DNA of 64,000 nt from Promethearchaeota archaeon (lineage in GTDB: Archaea > Asgardarchaeota > Lokiarchaeia > Sigyniarchaeales > SOKP01). Numbering within the stretch: position 1 is the first letter of the stretch; each line of letters starts with the position of its first letter. This document shows positions 39,285 through 47,758 of the stretch, piece by piece. Where the stretch lies: contig JAHPZA010000009.1 in assembly GCA_019058445.1 (NCBI GenBank), positions 658,355-722,354 on the forward strand, in the 5' to 3' direction. Under the pieces are notes generated by a model. It was not told where the DNA came from. It did no database searches and saw only the letters and a list, made by a program, of their open reading frames with translations. Made by a program: the position numbers and the translations under genes.

Positions 39285-40121
39285 ATGAGTAAAGTTAAGA
39301 TTGGAATAATTATTGATAGATATCATCTAGAGCAAAAAGCAACAGAATTTTTAAAGTACTTAAAATTGGTTGCAAATGTTTCCTTGTATATTGAAGAATC
39401 ATATCTTTTAAAATCTTTTGACTCCACTTTTGATGAGGATTTATTTTTTGTCAAGGGTAAGGGAGATTTAATATTAGCCCTTGTTAAACTCATTGAAAAA
39501 GAGACGTCAATACCGGTAATTAATTCCTATAAAGGAATTTGGAATGCTATACATAGGTTCATGAATAGCGTTTTATTAAAAAAAGCAGGAATCCCTGTGC
39601 CTGATTTTTCGTTGATTCCTAGTGAATATCCACCACCCTTTGAATCATATATTATAAAAAATATTATTGATCAAAAAAATTACAAATTCAAACCGAATAT
39701 TGAAAATATAAATGGAGCTATAAAAGTAAGCGATGAGAGGGCTTTAACGGAGATGTATAATGGATTTTATGGAGACATGGGGAATTATCACTATCTCTAC
39801 TATCAAAAATTTATTAAAAGCGAATGGGAGTATAAGATCTACATTATAGGGGAAGATATTTACTTTTACAAGCAAATACCAGTGCTTGTTAATCCTAATA
39901 AAATGGAGTCAAGGCGAAAGATTGCCGAAATTCCAGAATTAAAAGAATTGGCTTTTAAGGCAGTTAAGACAACCGGATTAAAAATTACATCAATAGATTT
40001 TCTTCAAAATAAAAATGGACAGTTCTTCTTATCGGATATTAATTGTACTCCAAATTTCAATTATATTAAGAATGGTCCAAAAATTGTTGGAGAATATTTA
40101 ATAGAGCAAGCTAAAAAATGA
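39285..40121 (+). CDS. ATP-grasp protein, divergent ITPK1-like
   Basis: EYKIYIIGEDIYFYKQ and LKITSIDFLQNKNGQFFLSDINCTPNFNYI. D-I-N is retained, but F-P-G is replaced by T-P-N. Confidence 0.55.
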   Translation: MSKVKIGIIIDRYHLEQKATEFLKYLKLVANVSLYIEESYLLKSFDSTFDEDLFFVKGKGDLILALVKLIEKETSIPVINSYKGIWNAIHRFMNSVLLKKAGIPVPDFSLIPSEYPPPFESYIIKNIIDQKNYKFKPNIENINGAIKVSDERALTEMYNGFYGDMGNYHYLYYQKFIKSEWEYKIYIIGEDIYFYKQIPVLVNPNKMESRRKIAEIPELKELAFKAVKTTGLKITSIDFLQNKNGQFFLSDINCTPNFNYIKNGPKIVGEYLIEQAKK

Positions 40122-40130
40122 TTTAAAGAA

Positions 40131-40946
40131 ATGACTATGAAGATTGGGATACTCTCAAAAAAAACTACTGGCATGACGGGTTTGATGAGAGAATTTTTTG
40201 AAAATGCGGGACACACTGTGAAAATATATACATTGAAAGATTTATGCATAAATGAAGCACTGTTTGAAAATGATTTTTATGTACTTAAATCAAAAAAAAT
40301 AGTGTATATCTATGCTGGTCATTACTTAGAGAAAAATAATATTCCCGTAATTCCAAATCCAAATACCATTTATAATAATAAAAATCGTATAGAGGCACAT
40401 TATTTAATTAAGCAAACAGGCTTAAGGCTGCCCGAATTTTATTATGGAAAAGTCCAAACTTTAAAAGATCAACTTAAAGCAGATGATTTTCCTTTAATTT
40501 TAAAACCAATTATGGGTTCTGGGAGTAGAGGCATAAAAAAAGTAATTTCATTTGACGATTTAGAGCCGAAAAATGATCAACCATTATACTTAGAAAAATA
40601 TATAGAAGGAACTCATTATTTGGTGTATTTTATTGAAAATCAGGTATGCATTTTAGAAAAACCTCCGCTATCAAATGAACATGTAGAAATGAAGAAAATT
40701 TTACTGAATGACAATAATGAAGATATCCAAGAGGTTGTAATCAAATGGAAATCTTATTATAATCTACAATTTGGCCATTTAGATATTGTAAGAGAAGACA
40801 ATACCAATAAAATTTATCTTGTAGATCCGGGTTCTTTTCCCGAATTCTCAAATTGGTGGTATGATGAGAATCCCACACCTAAAATCTGTAATCTTATATT
40901 AAAAAGATATGAAGATTTAAAACATAATAATCATAAAAATATCTGA
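40131..40946 (+). CDS. ATP-grasp protein (generic RimK/ITPK-like); terminal metal-site motif altered
   Basis: PLILKPIMGSGSRGIKKV (ATP-grasp phosphate loop), LYLEKYIEG, and FGHLDIVREDNTNKIYLVDPGSFPEFSN (D-P-G where the others have D-x-N). Starts 9 nt after the previous ORF. Confidence 0.6.
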   Translation: MTMKIGILSKKTTGMTGLMREFFENAGHTVKIYTLKDLCINEALFENDFYVLKSKKIVYIYAGHYLEKNNIPVIPNPNTIYNNKNRIEAHYLIKQTGLRLPEFYYGKVQTLKDQLKADDFPLILKPIMGSGSRGIKKVISFDDLEPKNDQPLYLEKYIEGTHYLVYFIENQVCILEKPPLSNEHVEMKKILLNDNNEDIQEVVIKWKSYYNLQFGHLDIVREDNTNKIYLVDPGSFPEFSNWWYDENPTPKICNLILKRYEDLKHNNHKNI

Positions 40947-40975
40947 ACCAATTACTAAAAAGGATTCGTACTATT

Positions 40976-41956
40976 TTGAATGACCCAGATAAGTTACAGG
41001 ATTTAGAATTTAAGTCCATAACTGATATGTTTGGAAAGCAAAAAGTTAGACTTTATAAAATAAAACATATTATCTTCGACTTTGGAGGGGTAATGATAGA
41101 AAAAACATTTGTTTTAAAGAATCTGTTTGACATTATTGAAGCTGACTTAAAGCTTTCAATACCTCGTACAGAAGATTCCTATTTTAGAAAACTACGAAGG
41201 CAAGTGAGCTCTGGAATCATATCTTCTCGAGAATTTTTAGAAAAAATGCTAGAAAAATATTATTATCCATTTTTGAAAAATGATGGGGCATTACCGGCAA
41301 AAAGGGCAAATGTCGATTATTATTTAGAGCTCTGGTTCCAGATTTATACAGTAGTTACAAAATTTTCAAAAGATATGGCCGAAATAATTGAAAGATTTCA
41401 TCAGGCCGGTTATATTGTAAGTTTAATGTCCAATACATACGATATTCATGCAAGATCAAATGAATTGAGGGGTTTTTATGATGCTTTTGATAATGTATAT
41501 CTCTCAAGTGAAATAGGGCTTATTAAACCCAATATCGAGAAATACAAATATGTTTTATCAAAATTAAATACGGAACCTAAAAAATGTATATTTATTGATG
41601 ATAAGCTTGTAAATCTTATCCCAGCACGTGAGTTAGGAATCATTGTTATTAGATTTGAGTCATTAGAAAAATTTAAAAAGCAATTGAACCAAATAGGGAT
41701 AAAAAAACTCAGACCTAATCTTAGGCATGAAATAAAAAAAAAGTATAAAAAATATAAAAAGGTTAAAAAGTCTTATAAAAAAGCGAAACGAGCATACAAA
41801 AAGGCTAGGAAAGAATTCTTAAAAAAGAAGAGAAAATCCTCCAAAAGACATAGAGAATTTCGAAGAAGATATGCCGAATATAGGAAGAAAAAACAGGAAT
41901 ATAAAGAAGAAAAAAAGAAAAAGAAGGAATTAATCTCCAAAGTTAGTATTGCTTAA
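40976..41956 (+). CDS. HAD-superfamily hydrolase (subfamily IA-like) with a ~90-aa polybasic C-terminal extension
   Basis: Motif I IIFDFGGVMI (Gly at the Asp+2 position), motif II LMSNT, motif III GLIKPN, motif IV FIDDK. Tail is KKKYKKYKKVKKSYKKAKRAYKKARKEFLKKKRKSSKRHREFRRRYAEYRKKKQEYKEEKKKKKE. Confidence 0.8.
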   Translation: MNDPDKLQDLEFKSITDMFGKQKVRLYKIKHIIFDFGGVMIEKTFVLKNLFDIIEADLKLSIPRTEDSYFRKLRRQVSSGIISSREFLEKMLEKYYYPFLKNDGALPAKRANVDYYLELWFQIYTVVTKFSKDMAEIIERFHQAGYIVSLMSNTYDIHARSNELRGFYDAFDNVYLSSEIGLIKPNIEKYKYVLSKLNTEPKKCIFIDDKLVNLIPARELGIIVIRFESLEKFKKQLNQIGIKKLRPNLRHEIKKKYKKYKKVKKSYKKAKRAYKKARKEFLKKKRKSSKRHREFRRRYAEYRKKKQEYKEEKKKKKELISKVSIA

Positions 41957-41988
41957 TGATTTGAAACCAAGAATAATGATGGAACATC

Positions 41989-43275
41989 TTATAAGAAATC
42001 ATTAATGAAATAATCATCACAAAATTCAAGGCGATCTAATGTCCAATCTTTTAATTGGTTGATATAATTCTCAGAATTATATGTTTGTTTCCAGAGATTC
42101 AGATCTTGTTGTACAAAAGGTCTGCATTCACTGTAGATATTAGATATTGTGTTGGAAATTGATTCATTACTCCAAATATTATTCCGCAAATCATTCCAGC
42201 GGTTAGTGCAATTTTGCCTAAAAGTCTGATTATATAACAATCTATCATACAGTCTGTTCTTTGAGCATATCTCTTCTTGTATGACTGTAGACGTATTATC
42301 ATATATAGTTGTGGAATTTTGTCCAAAGCTAATATCAAAATCCCAAGGAATGAGATAAAAGAGTGAATCATGCGAATTTCTTGCAATAAAATAATTTTTA
42401 TCCCAAAAGTCTCCATGGAGCATAAAAAAATTAAACAGAAAAAAATCAATAAGATTAATTTCGCTAAAATTAGCAAAAATTCCATTCTGAGGGTGGTAAA
42501 AAGTGTTATTTAGAGAATTATTAACAAAATCTATCAATGGGGGTAAAATTTTATCCTTTACATAAAATCCCTCATCTTCATTCGGCCAATCTTGTTCCCA
42601 CCGGTCTTTTTCATAAACTGTAAAGTTTGTATAATCTTTAGCTTGAAATATGACGCTTGAATTCGTATAATTCGTTGCGGTCGTTTCATCTATACCCAAT
42701 AATTTACGATCATTCTTCTCAGCAAGTAAATAGAGACCTTTATAATCCCCATTAAAATATAATAATACATATCTCGATCGTGGAAGAATTGCAGTTGGAT
42801 TATTTTCTAATAAAAGATTTCGCCAAAGATTAAATGACAGTTTAGTTTTCAGTCGAGTATAATCATAATAACTGGCAAACAATTGCCAATCGTCATCATC
42901 TCTCATCCCAAGTAAAGGTTCTCCTTTTGATAATTGCAAACGATAACCTTTTTTTGGATATGTTGCGCTTGTTTCACCTCTTATTTTAATTTCGGCTTCT
43001 AATGGATCAATTCTTTCAGAAGATTCTTCACTATCTAATTCAAATACACAATTAGAATAGTTTTCGTTATCAAGGGCTTCATAACAGGTAATATATATTG
43101 TTGGAAAGTCTGGATGGTCATCTGAGGAATCAGATTCTTCTTCTGTCGGATATGGGAAATATATGAAAAAAAGAACTGTGGAAAGAGTAATAATGCTTAT
43201 TAAAATTAGAGATAATAAATTTCTTCTACGTCGGCGCGGTGGGTGCCTATCTACAAAATCTATTGCCTTAACCAT
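41989..43275 (-). CDS. Membrane-anchored CotH-family (atypical kinase fold) protein, predicted extracellular
   Basis: N-terminal RRRRR plus a TM helix. IKIRGETSATYPKKGYRLQL, YVLLYFNGDYKGLYLLAEKNDRK and LIPWDFDISFGQ match my memory of CotH signatures. There are many N-x-S/T sequons. Confidence 0.65.
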   Translation of the reverse strand: MVKAIDFVDRHPPRRRRRNLLSLILISIITLSTVLFFIYFPYPTEEESDSSDDHPDFPTIYITCYEALDNENYSNCVFELDSEESSERIDPLEAEIKIRGETSATYPKKGYRLQLSKGEPLLGMRDDDDWQLFASYYDYTRLKTKLSFNLWRNLLLENNPTAILPRSRYVLLYFNGDYKGLYLLAEKNDRKLLGIDETTATNYTNSSVIFQAKDYTNFTVYEKDRWEQDWPNEDEGFYVKDKILPPLIDFVNNSLNNTFYHPQNGIFANFSEINLIDFFLFNFFMLHGDFWDKNYFIARNSHDSLFYLIPWDFDISFGQNSTTIYDNTSTVIQEEICSKNRLYDRLLYNQTFRQNCTNRWNDLRNNIWSNESISNTISNIYSECRPFVQQDLNLWKQTYNSENYINQLKDWTLDRLEFCDDYFINDFL

Positions 43276-43513
43276 AAGGTTTCTTGATAAATTTATCTAT
43301 TATTTTAAATCAACTATAATTTGGTAATACTTTTTAATTTTTAAAATTTAAAAGGATTTTAACATCTATTATTTTATATATTTAAATATAGCAAAATAGG
43401 TATTACAAACTTCTAATCTTTCTAATATCCATTGATTTAGATGTTTTATATACTTATGTACATCGCAATTCGAAAATTAAAAATTATATAAGAATAAGTC
43501 TATGAAAAAAGGA

Positions 43514-44641
43514 TTATTCCTCTTTGGATACTTCTTTCTCTTCCTCGTTAGAATTCTCTTTATTTAATTCTTCTACTTTTTTCATAACAGATTCAGAAGC
43601 ATCTGTGGGAAGTGGCATTTTCTCAAAGACTTCAATAAATTTCACATCGCCAATTTCTAAATGACTCTGCAAATCCATGGCAAGCCCAAATTTCAAATAT
43701 GTAAGGTTTTGAAACATAAACATTTTTGGGATGTAAAATTCGATTGAATTTTCATCTTTATTATAGGTAATCTTAAAATCTGCGATATTTTGTTTAGGGA
43801 TTCCTTTAGAAGTCATGAAATATTCGATTTTCTCATTAAAATCTTCTATTTTATCAATAACTTCTAAATTGTAATCTATGCTCTGCCCTGCGAGTGGATG
43901 ATTATAATCAACAATAACTTTTCCTTGAGCTACTCGGATGACTGTACCCCTCTGAGACTGACCCTGTTGGGTTTGCTTCACAAATTCCTGTCCTAATTCC
44001 GGATTCTTTCCATTGTTCAATTTTCTAAATTTTGCTATCCCAATTCGCTCAATTTTTTGAGGATCACGCTTACCAAACGCTTTTGTGGGAGGAATTCTTA
44101 CGGATTTTTTCTGAAAATAATTCATATCTTTTATAGTCTCTGTAAGACCTTCATTTAAGAAACCAGGTTTTCCCACGATTACGAACTCAGGGGTATAGAA
44201 ACCTTGTTGCTCTTTTTGCTCGTCATAAATCCCTGCTTTTTTAGCATCTTCAACAGAAGAGACCTGAAACACTTTACCTTTTTGAGTTTTAGCAGTGATT
44301 TTCAAAAGAATAAAGTCGCCATCTTCTACTTTTTTATCCCCTAATTGTTTTTTCTTTTCTTCTAACTTTTTAAGTTCTTCTTGAATTCTTTTTTCCTCTT
44401 CATCATCTTCCTTAACACTTTCTTCACCCTCTTCATCGGCTACTGGTTTCTCTGATTGATGTTCTATTAACTCTTTTGCATTATCTATATATTTTTGAGC
44501 TGAAGCCTTACCTATCCCTTTAATTTCTAATAATTCCTCAACTTTAGCATCAGCTAGCTTTTCAACGGTATCTATTCCAGCTCCTTTAAGATCTTCAATC
44601 TTTTTACCAAGTCCTTTTACATCTTCCAATTTTAAGCTCAT
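43514..44641 (-). CDS. Long-type FKBP peptidyl-prolyl isomerase (SlyD-like, with IF insert) fused to an N-terminal (HhH)2 module
   Basis: N-terminal VKGLGKKIEDLKGAGIDTVEKL...IKGIGKASAQKY, an acidic linker, then the FKBP core ending in VDYNHPLAGQSIDYNLEVIDKI (compare SlyD VDGNHMLAGQNLKFNVEVV). Confidence 0.8.
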   Translation of the reverse strand: MSLKLEDVKGLGKKIEDLKGAGIDTVEKLADAKVEELLEIKGIGKASAQKYIDNAKELIEHQSEKPVADEEGEESVKEDDEEEKRIQEELKKLEEKKKQLGDKKVEDGDFILLKITAKTQKGKVFQVSSVEDAKKAGIYDEQKEQQGFYTPEFVIVGKPGFLNEGLTETIKDMNYFQKKSVRIPPTKAFGKRDPQKIERIGIAKFRKLNNGKNPELGQEFVKQTQQGQSQRGTVIRVAQGKVIVDYNHPLAGQSIDYNLEVIDKIEDFNEKIEYFMTSKGIPKQNIADFKITYNKDENSIEFYIPKMFMFQNLTYLKFGLAMDLQSHLEIGDVKFIEVFEKMPLPTDASESVMKKVEELNKENSNEEEKEVSKEE

Positions 44642-45074
44642 AAATATCCAAATCCTATTTTAAAGTTAAGCTCTATAAGTGATATTTGTTAAATTTTGAA
44701 ATATTTCATAATTTTTAGACTTTTCTAATTCTGATCCTTAATCTTTGCTAAAAGCTTGATTAAAAGGGAATAAATTTTATTTTCACATATATTCCATGAG
44801 GAACATCCTATTGAATAATATGAACTTAAAAGTCTAATTCATTTAGAGATTCCATAATCTTTTTAGGAACTATCTACAAGGATAATTGATACTTTTAAAA
44901 ACCATTCTTATAATTTATAATGCAGTGTAATTTATTTAATCGAATCTTTCTGGATATAATAAAGCAACCTAGTCTTCTATATGAATTTATAACAGACTGG
45001 CAATACAACTAAAAAAAATGTAGAGACGAAGAGTTATTATTATTGTAAAGGGTATTCTTAGATCTATAGTTTAT

Positions 45075-46544
45075 TTGACAGTTGGAATTGCATGTATAAT
45101 TCCACCATTTATTGGCATAAGTCTTTTTTGGAATTATATCCCATATTTATCTTTTTATCTATGGCTAATTACCGCTTTTTACTTGATTTTATTTACTTGC
45201 GGAATATTTAATCTAATTCAAGGAGTTCGCAGTATAAAAGCTGCCAGAGAAAATAAAAGGTTTATTTCTTCTCCATTCTATAATATTGTAAACTTTTTTT
45301 TAATAATCATCTTGATCGGATCTCCTTTATTTTATATTTATTATACCGAAACTAAAGAGTGGAATTATGGTCCATATCTCTCTTGGACCGACGAAGACTC
45401 ATCAAAAACGATGACAATTACATGGATCACTGAAGCCGCTGAACCAAATCCCATATTCAAATGGGGAGACACGTCATATGATCTCAGTAAAATAGCTAAT
45501 GTGGAAGGGGATGATCATCATCATACTGTAAAATTAAAAGGGTTAAAACCTGATTCAAATTATTTTTATCAAATTCCTGGCTTTCGAGAGATAATTACAG
45601 AATTTAGAACCGGTCCTAGGATTGGAAGTAGGACTCCATTTTCATTCGTGTTATATGGTGATACCCGTGAAGATGAACCTTCAGAATCAGAACTCACTCA
45701 TGAAGAAATTATTGAGCGAATGGGAAAAGAAAAGGATGTTCGGTTCGTATTACAAGCAGGGGATGTTGCCAATAATTATGATGAAAACTGGAAAGAGCAG
45801 TGGCATTATAATTTTGAGGTTATTAAACCTTTATCAAAAAAAATACCTTTTATGTCAGTCGCAGGAAATCATGGTTGGAATGAAGGGGTTACGAAAACAA
45901 TTACTGGAAGTATATATATAAATTATTATGAACTACCTCGAAATGGTCCCGGTAAAGACGGAGAATCTTATTACTTTAATTATGGAAATGCTTTTTACCT
46001 GGTTATTGGCTATGATCAACAAGAGGCAGCTAGTCCAGAAGAATATGACGCTCCATTTGTTGAATGGGTAGTTGAACAATTGCAGTATGCCAAAACCTGT
46101 GGTCTATTTGATTGGATTTTTGTTATGTTTCATAAACCTCCCTTCTCGGTTAAAATTGAGAATAATGTGATTGAAGAGAATCATACTCAAATTCGCTATT
46201 GGCACCCTATTTTTATGGATTTAGGAGTTGATTTTGTATTTAATGGACATAACCATCACTATGAACGAATTCAGGTGGGAAATTCTCCCGAAGAGATTGG
46301 AACCCATAATATCACTTATGTTGTAAGTGGAGGCGGAGGTGGAGGGGGCGATCTTCATGATACGCTACCAGCTATTTTCAATTCAAGCAAGGACGGTGTA
46401 GGAGATCTAGAATATTATGGGAAAACAGCCTATGCTGAAAAATGCTATCATTATGTTCGATTTTCTGTTCAAGGTAATACCATCTCTCTTAAAACTATTA
46501 CTGTGAGTGGAGAAGTTATAGATAGGTATACTGTGACAAAGTAA
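45075..46544 (+). CDS. Membrane-anchored purple-acid-phosphatase-like metallophosphoesterase
   Basis: Three N-terminal TM helices, an FN3-like PAP N-domain (PYLSWTDEDSSKTMTITW) and metallophosphoesterase motifs GDTRED, AGDVANN, AGNHG, FHKPPF, GHNHHYER. Confidence 0.8.
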   Translation: MTVGIACIIPPFIGISLFWNYIPYLSFYLWLITAFYLILFTCGIFNLIQGVRSIKAARENKRFISSPFYNIVNFFLIIILIGSPLFYIYYTETKEWNYGPYLSWTDEDSSKTMTITWITEAAEPNPIFKWGDTSYDLSKIANVEGDDHHHTVKLKGLKPDSNYFYQIPGFREIITEFRTGPRIGSRTPFSFVLYGDTREDEPSESELTHEEIIERMGKEKDVRFVLQAGDVANNYDENWKEQWHYNFEVIKPLSKKIPFMSVAGNHGWNEGVTKTITGSIYINYYELPRNGPGKDGESYYFNYGNAFYLVIGYDQQEAASPEEYDAPFVEWVVEQLQYAKTCGLFDWIFVMFHKPPFSVKIENNVIEENHTQIRYWHPIFMDLGVDFVFNGHNHHYERIQVGNSPEEIGTHNITYVVSGGGGGGGDLHDTLPAIFNSSKDGVGDLEYYGKTAYAEKCYHYVRFSVQGNTISLKTITVSGEVIDRYTVTK

Positions 46545-46645
46545 TTTATTTATTAGTTTATTTTGCTTAAAGAAATATATTTAAAAGTTGTAATCAAGAA
46601 TATATGGATGTGGAAGTTAAAAATCAGCCAAATAAGGTAAAATAC

Positions 46646-47758
46646 TTAGGATACAGGCCTCCATAAAATCCCTAGTTTACTCGCATAATCTCTAACTTCT
46701 TGTATTTCTTCTGATGTTGGACGTCTGTTTATTTCTTCATAATTATAGGCTTTATATTGTGGTCTATATTGTTGCATCACATTCACCACACATTTAGGAA
46801 TTTCTTTCGCAACATAATCCAAAATAGGTTTCGAGCAACACTCAACATGATTTGGCATTACTAAGTGTCGGATTATAATTTCACCAGAACCCTCGTCATG
46901 TATGCACTTATGGTTTCTGGCAATTACATCAAAATAGTTTTTAACACCAGAATATTTTTCTGCGCAATGATTGTTTCCGTATTTAAAGTCAGGTAGCCAG
47001 AAATCCATAAAATCAATAATCAAAGAGAGTGCTTTATTAGTTAAATAAAAATTGGAATTCCACAATTGGCAAATATTCGATTTTTGATATAGTAAGCTTC
47101 CAACAATGGTATGGAGATTCGGAATTGGGTCTCCTCCTACATAATTTATGTTTATTGCTCCTTTATCCACGAGCTTCTCTGCGAGCTCAGCTAATCTTTT
47201 ATAGTTTACATTAGTGGCAATATCTTCGATATTTCTTTTTCCTTTCCATGCTTGAGAAATATCGTAGTTTTGACAAAACACACAACCAAAATTACAGGAT
47301 TGAAAAAAAATCGTCCCGCTTGGGATTAGAACGCTCTCTTCTCCCATATGTAAAAATGCGGATGATACAAAAGAATCCTTTGTTAAAAGACAATATCCTT
47401 TTTCATCCTTAATACGATTTGCCCCGCACTCCCTTTCACAAAAAATGCAGCTTTCCAGATATTTATTTGCTAGCGTTTCAGATAAAGTAATATAATTAGA
47501 AGATTTAATTTCTCGTGTTTTAAGTTCTTCTGTATTTTTTTTAATAAGTTGTTTAAACTCTGTTGATTTTTCATGAAGAAGGTTTTCTAATTTCTCTATT
47601 GGATCATTTGGATTAAACCTACATTCTAAGGTCTTTGCTATCAAATATCTTGCGATGTGGGTTCCATCCATAATGCCCTTATAATACGAAAATCTTGTTT
47701 TTATTTCTTCATTCTTCCACACTGACATTGAATCTGGTCGTAGAATTCTATAAACCAT
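46646..47758 (-). CDS. Radical SAM protein, PflX-like (pyruvate formate-lyase activase homologue family)
   Basis: CNFGCVFCQN (CxxxCxxC) plus an upstream extra Cys cluster CIFCERECGANR. Confidence 0.8.
   Translation of the reverse strand: MVYRILRPDSMSVWKNEEIKTRFSYYKGIMDGTHIARYLIAKTLECRFNPNDPIEKLENLLHEKSTEFKQLIKKNTEELKTREIKSSNYITLSETLANKYLESCIFCERECGANRIKDEKGYCLLTKDSFVSSAFLHMGEESVLIPSGTIFFQSCNFGCVFCQNYDISQAWKGKRNIEDIATNVNYKRLAELAEKLVDKGAININYVGGDPIPNLHTIVGSLLYQKSNICQLWNSNFYLTNKALSLIIDFMDFWLPDFKYGNNHCAEKYSGVKNYFDVIARNHKCIHDEGSGEIIIRHLVMPNHVECCSKPILDYVAKEIPKCVVNVMQQYRPQYKAYNYEEINRRPTSEEIQEVRDYASKLGILWRPVS

Noticed and set aside
34626-41956. Reading the MIPS cluster as a di-myo-inositol-phosphate (compatible solute) or archaetidylinositol operon
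   Set aside because: No CTP:inositol-1-phosphate cytidylyltransferase or CDP-alcohol phosphatidyltransferase (DIPPS/AIP synthase) ORF is present in or beside the cluster. The neighbours are ATP-grasp kinases and a HAD hydrolase instead. This cannot be excluded genome-wide.
42099-42485. 128-aa same-strand, alternate-frame ORF inside the CotH-like gene
   Set aside because: It is out of frame with a 428-aa ORF carrying CotH-type motifs, and its product is I/L/F-rich low complexity.
45622-45921. 99-aa alternate-frame ORF inside the metallophosphoesterase gene
   Set aside because: It overlaps the region encoding the GDxxxD, GDxxNN and GNHG motifs in the other frame.
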